Shown one piece after another: positions 63,379-64,000 of a DNA stretch of 64,000 bases; the stretch's first letter is position 1; every line of letters starts with the position of its first letter. Under the pieces are notes generated by a model that saw only the letters and a program-made list of their open reading frames with translations, was not told where the DNA came from and ran no database searches. This DNA comes from Oscillospiraceae bacterium. Its GTDB lineage: Bacteria > Bacillota > Clostridia > Oscillospirales > Ruminococcaceae. The DNA lies in the NCBI GenBank assembly GCA_021201135.1, contig JAJQGT010000009.1, positions 48,715-112,714 of the forward strand, written 5' to 3'. The position numbers were made by a program, and so were the translations under genes.

Positions 63379-64000
63379 TTATCTTCTCTTGGAAGTAACA
63401 ACTGCGAAGCCTGCGATTGCCATCGGAACGAGTGCGAGAACTGCGCCGGTAGTCGGGTTGGTCTCGGTTACTTCCTCAGCATCGGTGTCGTCAACGTCGA
63501 GCTCATCGTCTTCGGTCTCGCTGTTGGTGTCCTCAGCGGGCTCATCAACATCGACGGTTTCGGTGACTACAGTGCCAACAGGAATGAGAACCTGAATGCT
63601 GGTGATATTGTAAGAAGCAGAAGTGTTGGAGATGAGTACATAAGAGCTCAAATCAGCAAGACCTGCATCGGGCAAAGCCGCATAAACGGTTGCACCGTCA
63701 TAAACTACGACATAGCAGTCATCTGAAGTGCAATCTACATCAACAGACGCCTCATCGGCAGAAGTATGGTACCCGGTTCCGAGCTGAACATAGGTACTGT
63801 CGTCCTTACCAAGCATGAACTTGTCATATCCACCATCAGCAAAGGAAACAACAGTCTCGGTATCTCTGGTGATTACAAGTTTTGCGCCTTCAGTATTCAA
63901 AGCTGCCGCAAGAGTAGAATCGCCGATAGTGACCTTGTTCCAGTTGCCAGACGCAATAGCCGTGTCGTATACAAACGCCTCAACATACTCAACGCCGTCA
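63379..64000 (-). CDS. C-terminal part of a cell-wall-anchored surface protein with NPTTG sorting signal (ORF enters from beyond the window end)
   Basis: The frame is open from position 64000. The C-terminus has an acidic stalk, then ETNPTTG, a hydrophobic segment, and KRR. Confidence 0.75.
   Translation of the reverse strand, partial: DGVEYVEAFVYDTAIASGNWNKVTIGDSTLAAALNTEGAKLVITRDTETVVSFADGGYDKFMLGKDDSTYVQLGTGYHTSADEASVDVDCTSDDCYVVVYDGATVYAALPDAGLADLSSYVLISNTSASYNITSIQVLIPVGTVVTETVDVDEPAEDTNSETEDDELDVDDTDAEEVTETNPTTGAVLALVPMAIAGFAVVTSKRR

Overview
This window comes from a Gram-positive Firmicute, most likely a spore-forming member of the Clostridia; I cannot name the species. The evidence is a YpeB germination protein, sortase and pilin genes, TTGACA-17-TATAAT promoters and GGAGG ribosome-binding sites. 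Nearly all genes are on the minus strand.

Layout:
(1) 1-18.7 kb: a Wzx/Wzy-type exopolysaccharide (EPS) locus. It holds the initiating phosphoglycosyl transferase, a sugar-kinase/nucleotidyltransferase fusion, GT2/GT4/GT8 transferases, Wzy, Wzx, Ugd, a CDP-glucose pathway (RfbF, RfbG, reductase, epimerase), ManC and an O-acyltransferase. Its centre is low in GC and partly decayed.
(2) 18.7-24.6 kb: small membrane peptides, a flavodoxin/radical-SAM pair with a divergent HxlR regulator, an FNT channel, an orphan Phd/YefM antitoxin, a candidate sRNA, an ECF-type sigma factor fused to a long unknown C-terminal domain, and tRNA-His.
(3) 24.7-37.4 kb: a class C sortase, a pilin, a ~1395-aa CHAP-domain surface protein, and a 1795-aa Cna-B-repeat adhesin that lacks its 5' end.
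(4) 37.5-41.2 kb: the remnant of an integrated element, carrying an MmeI-like type IIL restriction-modification enzyme and a degraded large serine recombinase.
(5) 41.3-55.0 kb: a sulfur/methionine/thiol island. It holds an esterase, an ATP-grasp ligase, a GshA-like ligase and an Ntn amidotransferase; two cystathionine lyase/synthase-type genes; a truncated tcdA next to a metal-binding gene pair; and metF, metE and metY.
(6) 55.3-64 kb: tRNA-Leu, enolase, an SPFH/zinc-ribbon gene pair, ANT(6), HtrA, YpeB and a partial NPxTG surface protein.

Most notable observations:
- Five G7-G9 homopolymer tracts share a sequence context and all lie on the sense strand. They sit in or in front of surface-structure genes. 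One frameshifts a glycosyltransferase and one fills a promoter spacer.
- A Cys-codon leader peptide lies upstream of metY.
- A CCTAC-N7-RTAGG operator-like motif is shared by three sulfur operons.
- A terminator-containing leader precedes the pilus operon.
- The giant adhesin is cut off by the MmeI island.

No CRISPR array, rRNA gene or intact transposase was seen.
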